Shown here one piece after another: positions 1 to 12,025 of a DNA stretch of 64,000 nt. The position numbers were made by a program, and so were the translations under genes. The stretch comes from Pecten maximus. Taxonomy: Eukaryota. The stretch lies in assembly GCF_902652985.1 (NCBI RefSeq), contig NC_047015.1:50654001-50718000 (forward strand). Reading direction: 5' to 3'. The stretch's first letter is position 1, and each line of letters opens with the position of its first letter. The notes beneath the pieces were generated by a model. It was not told the origin of the DNA, ran no database searches, and saw nothing but the letters and a program-made list of their open reading frames with translations.

Positions 1-3000
1 CCGGAAGTGAAGTGATTACCACATATATCGGAAATTAAATGATCATCATTTATACCGGAAATTGTAGTGATCAACACATATACCGGAAGTGAAATGATCA
101 CCACATCAACAGGACATGACCGCCACACATATCGGTAATGAACTTAACACCACATATAACGAAAGTGACCACCACATCTATCGGAAAAGAAATGATCACC
201 ACCTATACAGGAAAAGATCGCCATATATACCGGGAATGAAATGACTGCAACAATATCGTAAATGAAATGACCACCTTATATACCGGAAATGAAGTGACAA
301 CTACAAAAACCTGAAATGAAATGATCACCACAAAAACCGGAAATGACCGTCACAAAAATCGGGAAGGAAATGACCACAAAAATACCGGAAAAGAAATTAC
401 CACCACATTTAACGGCAATGAAGTGACCGCCAAAAATTCCAGAAATGATATGACCATCAAATACACTGGAAGGAAAAAAACCCTCTACATACTCTGGAAA
501 TGAAATGACCACCACATATAGAGGAATCGACCACCATATACTGCCGGAAGTGAAATGACAACCATATAGTACCGGAAGTGGAATAACAACCAGATAGAAC
601 CGGAAATTGAATGACAGTCATATAGTATACCGGAAGTGGAACGACAACCATATAGTACCGGAAGTGGAATGGCAATCATATTGTACCGGAAACGAAATGT
701 CCACCAAAATACCGGAAACGAATCAACCACTTCATAACGAATTAACCATCCTGTATACAGTAATGGAAGTGACCATCACAGATACAGTAATGGAAGTGAC
801 CATCACATATACAGTAATGGAAGTGACCATCACATATATACAGTAATGGAAGTGACCATCATATATACAGTAATGGAAGTGACCATCACATATACAGTAA
901 TGGAAGTGACCATCACATATACAGTAATGGAAGTGACCATCACATATATACAGTAATGGAAGTGACCATCATATATACAGTAATGGAAGTGACCATCACA
1001 TATACAGTAATGGAAGTGACCATCACATATACAGTAATGGAAGTGACCAATCACATATATACAGTAATGGAAGTGACCATCACATATACAGTAATGAAGT
1101 GACCATCACATATACAGTAATGGAAGTGACCATCACATAAACAGTAATGGAAGTGACCATCACATATACAGTGATGGAAGTGACCATCACATATATACAG
1201 TAATGGAAGTGACCATCACATATATACAGTAATGGAAGTGACCAATCACATATATACAGTAACGGAAGTGACCATCACATATACAGTAACGGAAGTGACC
1301 ATCACATGTACAGTAATGGAAGTGACCATCACATCAACAGTAATGGAAGTGACCATCACATCAACAGTAATGGAAGTGACCATCACATATACAGTAATGG
1401 AAGTGACCATCACATCAACAGTAATGGAAGTGACCATCACATATACAAGAATGGAAGTGACCATCACATCAACAGTAATGGAAGTGACCATCACATATAC
1501 AGTAATGGAAGTGACCATCACATATACAAGAATGGAAGTGACCATCACATATACAAGAATGGAAGTGACCAATCACATATACAGTAATGGAAGTGACCAT
1601 CACATCAACAGTAATGGAAGTGACCATCACATATACAAGAATGGAAGTGACCATCACATCAACAGTAATGGAAGTGACCATCACATATACAGTAATGGAA
1701 GTGACCACCACATATACAGGAATGGAAGTGACCATCACATATATACAGTAATGGAAGTGACCATCACATATACAAGAATGGAAGTGACCAATCACATATA
1801 CAGTAATGGAAGTGACCATCACATATACAGTAATGGAAGTGACCATCACATATACAGTAATGGAAGTGACCATCACATATACAGTAATGGAAGTGACCAT
1901 CACATAACCATTAATGGAAGTGACCATCACATATACAGTAATGGAAGTGACCATCACATATACAGTAATGGAAGTGACCATCACATATACAGTAATGGAA
2001 GTGACCATCACATATACAGTAATGGAAGTGACCATCACATATACAGTAATGGAAGTGACCATCACACATATACAGTAATGGAAGTGACCATCACATATAC
2101 AAGAATGGAAGTGACCATCACATCAACAGTAATGGAAGTGACCATCACATATATACAGTAATGGAAGTGACCATCACATATACAGTAATGGAAGTGACCA
2201 TCACATATACACAGTAATGGAAGTGACCAATCACATATATACAGTAATGGAAGTGACCATCACATATACAGTAACGGAAGTGACCATCACATATACAGTA
2301 ATGGAAGTGACCATCACATATACAAGAATGGAAGTGACCATCACATCAACAGTAATGGAAGTGACCATCACATATACAGTAATGGAAGTGACCATCACAT
2401 ATACAGTAATTGAAGTGACCATCACATATATACAGTAATGGAAGTGACCATCATATATACAGTAATGGAAGTGACCATCACATATACAGTAATGGAAGTG
2501 ACCATCACATATACAGTAATGGAAGTGACCATCACATATATACAGTAATGGAAGTGACCATCATATATACAGTAATGGAAGTGACCATCACATATACAGT
2601 AATGGAAGTGACCATCACATATACAGTAATGGAAGTGACCAATCACATATATACAGTAATGGAAGTGACCATCACATATACAGTAATGAAGTGACCATCA
2701 CATATACAGTAATGGAAGTGACCATCACATAAACAGTAATGGAAGTGACCATCACATATACAGTGATGGAAGTGACCATCACATATATACAGTAATGGAA
2801 GTGACCATCACATATATACAGTAATGGAAGTGACCAATCACATATATACAGTAACGGAAGTGACCATCACATATACAGTAACGGAAGTGACCATCACATG
2901 TACAGTAATGGAAGTGACCATCACATCAACAGTAATGGAAGTGACCATCACATCAACAGTAATGGAAGTGACCATCACATATACAGTAATGGAAGTGACC

Positions 3001-5920
3001 ATCACATCAACAGTAATGGAAGTGACCATCACATATACAAGAATGGAAGTGACCATCACATCAACAGTAATGGAAGTGACCATCACATATACAGTAATGG
3101 AAGTGACCATCACATATACAAGAATGGAAGTGACCATCACATATACAAGAATGGAAGTGACCAATCACATATACAGTAATGGAAGTGACCATCACATCAA
3201 CAGTAATGGAAGTGACCATCACATATACAAGAATGGAAGTGACCATCACATCAACAGTAATGGAAGTGACCATCACATATACAGTAATGGAAGTGACCAC
3301 CACATATACAGGAATGGAAGTGACCATCACATATATACAGTAATGGAAGTGACCATCACATATACAAGAATGGAAGTGACCAATCACATATACAGTAATG
3401 GAAGTGACCATCACATATACAGTAATGGAAGTGACCATCACATATACAGTAATGGAAGTGACCATCACATATACAAGAATGGAAGTGACCATCACATATA
3501 CAGTAATGGAAGTGACCATCACATATACAGTAATGGAAGTGACCATCACATATACAGTAATGGAAGTGACCATCACATATACAGTAATGGAAGTGACCAT
3601 CACATATACAGTAATGGAAGTGACCATCACATATACAGTAATGGAAGTGACCATCACACATATACAGTAATGGAAGTGACCATCACATATACAAGAATGG
3701 AAGTGACCATCACATCAACAGTAATGGAAGTGACCATCACATATATACAGTAATGGAAGTGACCATCACATATACAGTAATGGAAGTGACCATCACATAT
3801 ATACAGTAATGGAAGTGACCAATCACATATATGCAGTAATGGAAGTGACCATCACATATACAGTAACGGAAGTGACCATCACATATACAGTAATGGAAGT
3901 GACCATCACATATACAAGAATGGAAGTGACCATCACATCAACAGTAATGGAAGTGACCATCACATATACAGTAATGGAAGTGACCATCACATATACAGTA
4001 ATTGAAGTGACCATCACATGTACAGTAATGGAAGTGACCATCACATATACAAGAATGGAAGTGACCATCACATCAACAGTAATGGAAGTGACCATCACAT
4101 ATACAGTAATGGAAGTGACCATCACATATACAGGAATGGAAGTGACCATCACATATAAACAGTAATGGAAGTGACCATCACATATATACAGTAATGGAAG
4201 TGACCAATCACATATATACAGTAATGGAAGTGACCATCACATATACAGTAACGGAAGTGACCATCACATATACAGTAATGGAAGTGACCATCACATATAC
4301 AAGAATGGAAGTGACCATCACATATACAGTAATGGAAGTGACCATCACATATACAGTAATGGAAGTGACCATCACATATACAGTAATTGAAGTGACCATC
4401 ACATGTACAGTAATGGAAGTGACCATCACATATACAAAAATGGAAGTGACCATCACATCAACAGTAATGGAAGTGACCATCACATATACAGTAATGGAAG
4501 TGACCATCACATATATACAGTAATGGAAGTGACCATCACATATACAGTAATGGAAGTGACCATCACATATACAGCTATGGAAGTGACCATCACATATACA
4601 GTGATGGAAGTGACCATCACATATACAGTAATGGAAGTGACCATCACATATATAGTAATGGAAGTGACCATCACATATACAGTAATGGAAGTGACCATCA
4701 CATATACAGTAACGGAAGTGACCATCACATCAACAGTAATGGAAGTGACCATCACATATACAAGAATGGAAGTGACCATCACATATACAGTAATGGAAGT
4801 GACCATCACATATACAGTAATGGAAGTGACCACCACATATACAGGAATGGAAGTGACCATCACATATATACAGTAATGGAAGTGACCATCACATATACAA
4901 GAATGGAAGTGACCAATCACATATACAGTAATGGAAGTGACCATCACATATACAGTAATGGAAGTGACCATCACATATACAGTAATGGAAGTGACCATCA
5001 CATATACAAGAATGGAAGTGACCATCACATATACAGTAATGGAAGTGACCATCACATAAACAGTAATGGAAGTGACCATCACATATACAGTAATGGAAGT
5101 GACCATCACATATACAAGAATGGAAGTGACCATCACATATACAGTAATGGAAGTGACCATCACATAAACAGTAATGGAAGTGACCATCACATATACAGTA
5201 ATGGAAGTGACCATCACATATACAGTAATGGAAGTGACCATCACATATACAGTAATGGAAGTGACCATCACATATACAGTAACGGAAGTGACCATCACAT
5301 ATACAGTAACGGAAGTGACCACCACATATACAAGAATGGAAGTGACCATCACATATACAGTGATGGAAGTGACACCACATATACAGTAATGGAAGTGACC
5401 ATCACATGTACAGTAATGGAAGTGACCATCACATATACAGTGATGGAAGTGACCATCACATATACAGTGATGAAAGTGACCATCACATATACAGTAATGG
5501 AAGTGACCATCACATATACCGTAATGGAAGTGACCATTACATATATACAGTAATGGAAATAACCATCACCATCACATACAGTAACGGAAGTGACCACCAC
5601 ATATACAAGAATAGAAGTGACCATCACATATACAGTGATGGAAATGACCATCACATATACAGTAATGGAAGTGACCATCACATATACAGTGATGGAAATG
5701 ACCATCACATATACAGTAATGGAAGTGACCATCACATATACAGTAATGGAAGTGACCATCACTTATACAGTAATGGAAGTGACCATCACATACAGTAACG
5801 GAAGTAACCATCACATATATACAGGACATGAAATGGACACCACATATATCAGAAATATACTGACCACCACCTATCTAACTGGAATGAAATTACTCCACGT
5901 GTAATGAAGTGACAACTATG
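1..5920. repeat. 27-bp minisatellite (consensus CAGTAATGGAAGTGACCATCACATATA); homogeneous core ~755-5820 (~185 units) with degenerate units on both flanks
   Basis: Tandem unit directly visible. Recurrent variants include CAAGAATGG, CATCAACAG, CCAATCAC and extra TA. All ORFs at 276-5904 are translations of this unit. Confidence 0.97.
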
Positions 5921-7291
5921 GCGTTTCGATTCCATCATATGATTAAATTAAGTGTGCATCCATTTACATGGTAATTAAATACATAGTTGATTAGCATGCA
6001 CCTTAATTCCGTTTTATTTATACGTGGAGTTTGACCCTTATATATCCTTTCCATACTTGTTCTGTATAGTTGTCGTTTTGTCAGCGAATTCGTCAATCGA
6101 TATATATATATATATATATTGTACTACAGTTTACATCAATCTATATATAGATTCGCGTGACGACCGTCCTTCAAGTACATGCATCTATGAGTACTCGAAG
6201 CGCATGTGATGCGTAATTTTAGTAATGCCGTCTTTTTATAGTAATTGTGTCAAAGTGGCGTCATCTTCTGATGGGAATTCCCAGAATATTTCGTGTACTG
6301 GAAACTATCATTGCGTCAGACATTAGCGTGCATACACGTACTTGTAAATATTTTGTTGTTTCCGAGGATTGTTCTATGCAGTCCTCTTTCTGCGGGATAA
6401 TTGTTAGTGGTTTATAAATAAACAATCCTTTAAACCTACTACAATTAAATTACATGTTCAGATTTTATTTTTAACGAAACTTCTTCAAAAACTGACATCG
6501 TACTGCTTTCCATGTTTTAAATGTAATCCGATTATCTTCATTTAATCACTGGTTGTGTGTAGGATGTTGAAGCTTATATAGAAACAGTGTTATCATTAGG
6601 ACACACAAGCGATGCTGTTAATATCAATCAATCAATCAATCATATTTTATTAAAGTGTCACATGTCAATACAATCATAATAAAACAGCATTTGAGACTTA
6701 GCATAAAATTGATATCGACATCCAGCCAATTTTGGCTTATGAGACACTATTAGAACATTATCTATATACACTATTAAATAAATATATAATATCATACAAT
6801 ATATCAATACGAATCAGAAATCATAATAGACAAACTAAAAGTACAAAGATCTAGTTCTTAAAAGAGTCATTATCGGTTTTAAAATATAACTGCATACGCA
6901 CATATATGGACGGAATGTATAAATAATTAAAAATGATAGCAACTATATTATGACTAGTACTTGTTTGAAAATACACTTGTACCAAAGCCAGTGATGGGAG
7001 AAGCACGAGAGTGGTTGAGCCTATCCCTACCGACAAGTCGCACAAATCCCATCACTGAATACTCTTTCAGAGTGACAGGTTAGATATGGTATAAATATCA
7101 ACATCTCTATCATTTATGTACATGCTAATACTATCATCATAAAATTTATAAATTTATACATAAGATATATGTGGATATCATTATGACTAAAAAAACATAG
7201 ACAGCATAAAATAATTATAAAATGTGTCTTAACTATATCAATTTTATGAATTAAAAGGCTATTAACAGACACGGAAAATAAGAAACAGATA

Positions 7292-10200
7292 TTAAATAAA
7301 TTGCATAAGCGTTCTTCTTCTACGTAACATTAAAAATACAGTTTTGGCAAGTAAAAATTGGACATCTGAATTTGTCATTAATAAATTAAACTTTCCAATA
7401 TGATCACAATTTTTAAAATTTACATCACTATGTTCCATTTGATTAAAAAGATTAACTCTTAAGTCACTATATGTATTACAGACACACAAAAAATGCATTT
7501 CGTTTTCGACTACATCCTCACAGAACGGACAATATCTCTCGTTTAATGGAGTAGGAGGTCTATTGTAGCGACCAGTCTCTACCATTAATGGTGCACTACC
7601 ACATCTCACCTTGGTTAGCGCGCTTCGGTAAGCTCTAGGCATGTAAATGTTCACATATTGCTCGGTTATTCGGTCTTTCTTATAAATCCTGTAAGTCCGT
7701 AATTTATTTCCATTAGGGTTGCCACGGTCATTCCACATCTGGCCAAACCACTCACTTTCGTCTTTATGTCTAATTTTAGATTTGATCATGTTCATGATTT
7801 GTTTCGTGGGTTTGGCTCCAGATCCTACGATGTCTTGGGAATCATATTTGCGGCTAAGCCGAAGTGCCCGCGAATCCCAGGAAGTTCCTCTCCGCTTGGA
7901 CCACAAATGAATTTTATTGAGTAAACGATCACTATTAACAGAGTTAACTCGACAGTATAGACGAAATACTTCGATGTGTTGCTTACTTTGCGTAGATAAC
8001 CATCCCATGTCTCCAATCATGCCGACGTTAGAGGTGTTCTTGGATGCACCCATAAAAACTCTCATAGCGCGATTTTGGACATTGTTTATCTCTTTTCTTT
8101 GGGGCTGTCCCCAAATACCGGAACAGTAAAGAAGGACAGGCTCAACAAGACTCTCATATAACTTTGTGAATACTGAATAAGTCATTCCACCGGCACTATA
8201 AAACTTAGAGATGAGGAGACCGAGGGCTCGGCTTGCGGATTTAGACAGTTCTTTCACCGCGATGTTCATATCGGCGTAATCGTCGAACCAGAGTCCTAAG
8301 TATTTATAACGGTCTTTACGTTCAAGAGAGTGTCCATTACAGGTGAACGAAAACTGAGTAGCAGGTATACTTTTATGTCTAAAATGCATGACTTTAGTCT
8401 TTCCAGCGTTAACAGAAAGGCGCCATCGAGAACACCAAGATGAGACAATGTTCAGAAGGGATTGGAGACCCTCTTCTGATGACGTCATTAACACAATGTC
8501 GTCGGCGTAAAAGAGACAGCTAAGCAAGACACCATCGATGTCAATACCAAATTCTGAAGCGTTAAGTTCCTCAATCAAGTCATTAATGTAAATTGCAAAG
8601 AGTGTTGGGGAGGCTAAACAACCTTGTTTTACCCCACGTGACACAGATAGCCAATCAGTGTGTAGGTTGTTGACGCGCACGCAGCAAGAAACACCATCAT
8701 AAAGAGCAAAAACAGCCTTGAAAATCTCACCTTTTATTCCAGTCTGTAGAAGTTTATACCATAAACAGTCTCTGACGACCGTATCAAAGGCTTTGCGTAG
8801 GTCTATAAAGCATGAATAGGTCGACTGTTTAGCGTTGATGCGATTTTTCACGACGCTGTATAGCGAATACACGTGGTCCTGACAACTTCTATCCTTCCTA
8901 AAACCATTCTGCGCGTCGTGTAGGATATTATTTTCCTCTAGCCAGGAAGAAAGACGACGGTTGAGGATATCGCAATAAACTTTACAAGGAACGGACAATA
9001 GGGTTATACCTCGGTAAGACAAAGGGTCCATAGGATCGGTACTATTTGGTTTGACAAGAGGGTTGATGATACCCTGCTTCCATTTATCAGGGACGATTCC
9101 ATGGTCGAAACAATAGCTGATCAATGAGAACATGATATCCACGCAGGCGTCGTTTTTTAACACTTCCGCCGGAATACCGTCGACTCCAGCCGCCTTACCT
9201 ACTTTGGTACGACATATTGCGTCCAGCACCTCCTGTCGTTGTATAGGTGCGTTGAGGTTTGATACATCCTGGTTGTTGTTTAATGGCACTGTATTATTTG
9301 TAACACGACCCTTCACCATCTCAAGGTGATCATCATCGTACGTTGTAGCTTCTACGTCGTTTGGCGCGTATAGACTTTCGTAGTCTGTTCGCCAACGTTC
9401 CAGAACATCGTGTGTGTTACTAATGATGTTTCCGTCGTCATCTTTAACAAATAGAGGTATATGTGAAGTTCTGTGATTAGCGATTCCTATATTCCCGATA
9501 TCCTTCCAAAAATCCCTTGAGTTAGGTTGCTCTAATTTATCATGTAGATCATTCACTTGTTTTGCCTGAAACTGACGTTTGACTTTCCTGTGTAACTTAT
9601 CGAATTCTTTCCGTTCTGTACAAAACAATTGCTTCAAACGGCGTTTTTGAGATTTATTAGTATCTATACATCTAAGCCAAGCACGCTCCTTGGTAGCAAC
9701 GGAGTTCCATTTACTCTTCAACTCATCGTTCCAATATGGTTTTGTAGTCGGTTTTACGGAAGAGTCGATGTTGGTTTTCGCGTGGACTCTCATACCGGCA
9801 TTGTCCATATTAAGATGTAAAAAGTCAACAAAATCGTCATATGCAGAATTAACATCTGCTCTATTGCTTAAATGGTTTTCCAGGCGTTCAATAGTTGCGT
9901 TTATATTGGGTAGGTATTGGTGTCCGAGTAGGAAGTCATTTGGAACTTTTTTGGCGTTATATCGGGTGCCAGAAGTCACGCTACCACCAATCTCGTGATT
10001 ACACTGCATATTGGAAATATTAACATTCACGGGAAGTAGCAGAGCGCATTCCAATAGAGAGTGATCCGGGTATGACATAGCTGGAATACCGTCAATGCTC
10101 TCAATCACTGCAGACATAGTCCTGACTTTAAAGTCCGTAACGAATTGCAGCTGATCGTGCGGTACAATCATATAATCGACTACCGATCTTCCCCTGGCGG

Positions 10201-10852
10201 ATATACATGTGAAGTTATTATCATCGTCATTATAACGGCCGTTCAGAATACACATGTTTGAATCAATACAGAAGTCAACAAAATGATCACCATAAGAGTT
10301 TAAAGTAGTATCTATGGAATGTCTGTGTTGAACACGGTCAACGCCTTCGATATAATCGGATAGGTCACCAGTTCTAGCATTGAAATCTCCAAAAATAAAC
10401 ACGTGACCTTCATTTTGGTACATGTGTACTTGATGTAAAAGTTCTGAATAGGCAATGCAGGGATCATGTGAATGAGTTGAGTTTTCAGGGGGGAAGTAAC
10501 ACACACACAGGCAGATGGTAAAATCGTCAGACTTAGATCTCATTTTTATCCAATAAACATCGTCTTTGTCTTTATTTAGATCAGATACAACGAAATAGTT
10601 CAGTATAGATGTTTTCAGAAGGAATCCTACCCCTCCAGAACCGCGTTTGGCGCGCGTATGAATGTTAGCTCTGTTGTGACCAAAGAAACTATACCCATCA
10701 ACGGCTATTTGTTCGTTGTTCGTTAAAAACGTTTCACACAATGCAATAACGTCGAGATTAAAGTGTTGAATAACTGTACCTCTAAACCGAGAGTTATCAT
10801 TTTCATGCCTGGACCAACCGTTTACGTTCCAACCACCTAGTCGAAGACTGGC
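7292..10852 (-). CDS. LINE ORF2: apurinic-like endonuclease + reverse transcriptase + C-terminal CCHC zinc finger
   Basis: The open frame extends 37 codons upstream of the track's TTG start (ASLRLGGWNVNGW...DVIALCET). APE motifs GDFNAR, SVVDY, YPDH; RT motifs QNGFR, IDLRKAFD, GVKQG, YADD, YKYLG; C-terminal CPFC..E...H....C. No internal stops. Confidence 0.95.
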   Translation of the reverse strand, partial: ASLRLGGWNVNGWSRHENDNSRFRGTVIQHFNLDVIALCETFLTNNEQIAVDGYSFFGHNRANIHTRAKRGSGGVGFLLKTSILNYFVVSDLNKDKDDVYWIKMRSKSDDFTICLCVCYFPPENSTHSHDPCIAYSELLHQVHMYQNEGHVFIFGDFNARTGDLSDYIEGVDRVQHRHSIDTTLNSYGDHFVDFCIDSNMCILNGRYNDDDNNFTCISARGRSVVDYMIVPHDQLQFVTDFKVRTMSAVIESIDGIPAMSYPDHSLLECALLLPVNVNISNMQCNHEIGGSVTSGTRYNAKKVPNDFLLGHQYLPNINATIERLENHLSNRADVNSAYDDFVDFLHLNMDNAGMRVHAKTNIDSSVKPTTKPYWNDELKSKWNSVATKERAWLRCIDTNKSQKRRLKQLFCTERKEFDKLHRKVKRQFQAKQVNDLHDKLEQPNSRDFWKDIGNIGIANHRTSHIPLFVKDDDGNIISNTHDVLERWRTDYESLYAPNDVEATTYDDDHLEMVKGRVTNNTVPLNNNQDVSNLNAPIQRQEVLDAICRTKVGKAAGVDGIPAEVLKNDACVDIMFSLISYCFDHGIVPDKWKQGIINPLVKPNSTDPMDPLSYRGITLLSVPCKVYCDILNRRLSSWLEENNILHDAQNGFRKDRSCQDHVYSLYSVVKNRINAKQSTYSCFIDLRKAFDTVVRDCLWYKLLQTGIKGEIFKAVFALYDGVSCCVRVNNLHTDWLSVSRGVKQGCLASPTLFAIYINDLIEELNASEFGIDIDGVLLSCLFYADDIVLMTSSEEGLQSLLNIVSSWCSRWRLSVNAGKTKVMHFRHKSIPATQFSFTCNGHSLERKDRYKYLGLWFDDYADMNIAVKELSKSASRALGLLISKFYSAGGMTYSVFTKLYESLVEPVLLYCSGIWGQPQRKEINNVQNRAMRVFMGASKNTSNVGMIGDMGWLSTQSKQHIEVFRLYCRVNSVNSDRLLNKIHLWSKRRGTSWDSRALRLSRKYDSQDIVGSGAKPTKQIMNMIKSKIRHKDESEWFGQMWNDRGNPNGNKLRTYRIYKKDRITEQYVNIYMPRAYRSALTKVRCGSAPLMVETGRYNRPPTPLNERYCPFCEDVVENEMHFLCVCNTYSDLRVNLFNQMEHSDVNFKNCDHIGKFNLLMTNSDVQFLLAKTVFLMLRRRRTLMQFI

Positions 10853-12025
10853 CTAACGGCGCTCAAAGCGGTTTTGACCTTGCGTAGTGTGATTATCACG
10901 CTGATGATGACGTCGACCTTGACGTTGGTCATTACGCCTGTCATTAGAAAAACCATGATTGCGATTATCGCGAGGTACGTCACGAGCGGGCGAGTGTCTG
11001 CGCCGTACGGTCCTCCATCCATCCGACTCGCTATGCATGTTACGTGTGTCGTCACGCTCCGGTTCCTTTACCTTTACTAGTCTGTTACCATACACCTTGT
11101 AGTCGTGTTGTTTACCAATTTCGCGCAAAACAGTGTGTAAAGAGCGCTGGGTATCCAACTCACTTTTAGACATGTCATTGTCAATATATACACTTGAGTA
11201 ATCGCGAGATTGTTTCAAAGTGTTCTTTTTCTTCATTACTGTTTGTTTTTGAGTTAATGTCTCGATAGTAGCAATTACTACCCCTGGTTTGTCACCTCTA
11301 CGTTGTTTACGTTCAGCCTGTACAATGTTTATGTTTGGTAGCCGGAGGCCGTCTCTAATCATCGCATTCACTTTTTGTTTTGTGAACTCGGGTCCTCCCT
11401 CACCCTTTTCCTGTTGGAGCTCCTTTAGGTTTCTGATGACTATGTTGGTTTTCCTATTGATATTTTCTGTGTCACCTGATGAATTAATTCTGTTGTTGAT
11501 AACTCCATGGACATCGGTGTGTAGATCTTTTATTTTATCGTTCATGTCCTGTTTCACTTTGTTTATTTCTGTGTTTACATAGGAGGTCAAATTCTGTTTA
11601 GCTGTTTGAAGTTTTTTGTCGATCTTGGTGTCAATAATTTGTGAAAGTTTATCAGTCAAATTATCTTCTAAAGCTACCATTCTATCACTTAAGCTGCCAT
11701 GAATGGTGTTGAGGCGTGTTGTTAATTGTTGTATCAGGTGCCTGAGTTCGGCCATATCGGAGTTCGAGTGTTGTGTGGGGGTGGGTAGGGAACACTCTGA
11801 GTCATTACAGTTCTTTTGCTTTTTATTCTCATTGTCAATAGTGTGTCTGTTATCGGCACCGGCTTTACGTTTTCTTGTGTCAGGGGTTTCTGAACCTTTC
11901 GTATCTGTGGTTACATTCTCAGAAGTCGTAGCGACAGGGGTAATGTTACCGACCGCCATTACCTCACTTACATACATTGCCGCAGCCTGGTTGTTCAAAG
12001 GGTCTGTACTGACCTGTTGATCCAT
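10853..12025 (-). CDS. LINE ORF1 (coiled coil + RRM-like nucleic-acid-binding region)
   Basis: ATG at 12025 (MDQQ...). Heptad-like segment LRHLIQQLTTRL..., followed by KTNIVIRNLKE...VYIDNDMS, typical of LINE ORF1p. Lies directly upstream of ORF2. Confidence 0.85.
   Translation of the reverse strand: MDQQVSTDPLNNQAAAMYVSEVMAVGNITPVATTSENVTTDTKGSETPDTRKRKAGADNRHTIDNENKKQKNCNDSECSLPTPTQHSNSDMAELRHLIQQLTTRLNTIHGSLSDRMVALEDNLTDKLSQIIDTKIDKKLQTAKQNLTSYVNTEINKVKQDMNDKIKDLHTDVHGVINNRINSSGDTENINRKTNIVIRNLKELQQEKGEGGPEFTKQKVNAMIRDGLRLPNINIVQAERKQRRGDKPGVVIATIETLTQKQTVMKKKNTLKQSRDYSSVYIDNDMSKSELDTQRSLHTVLREIGKQHDYKVYGNRLVKVKEPERDDTRNMHSESDGWRTVRRRHSPARDVPRDNRNHGFSNDRRNDQRQGRRHHQRDNHTTQGQNRFERR

Noticed and set aside
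755-5820. CRISPR-like appearance of the short repeats (also 43410-50000 and 60445-61115)
   Set aside because: Contiguous tandem units with no unique spacers, no cas genes, and a eukaryotic context.
276-5904. Long His/Cys- or Thr/Val-rich repeat ORFs (SNGSDHHIY, MEVTITYTV, CDGHFHYCI)
   Set aside because: By-products of a 27-bp (3n) unit. Frequent +1, +2 and -1 indels switch frames, showing no coding constraint.
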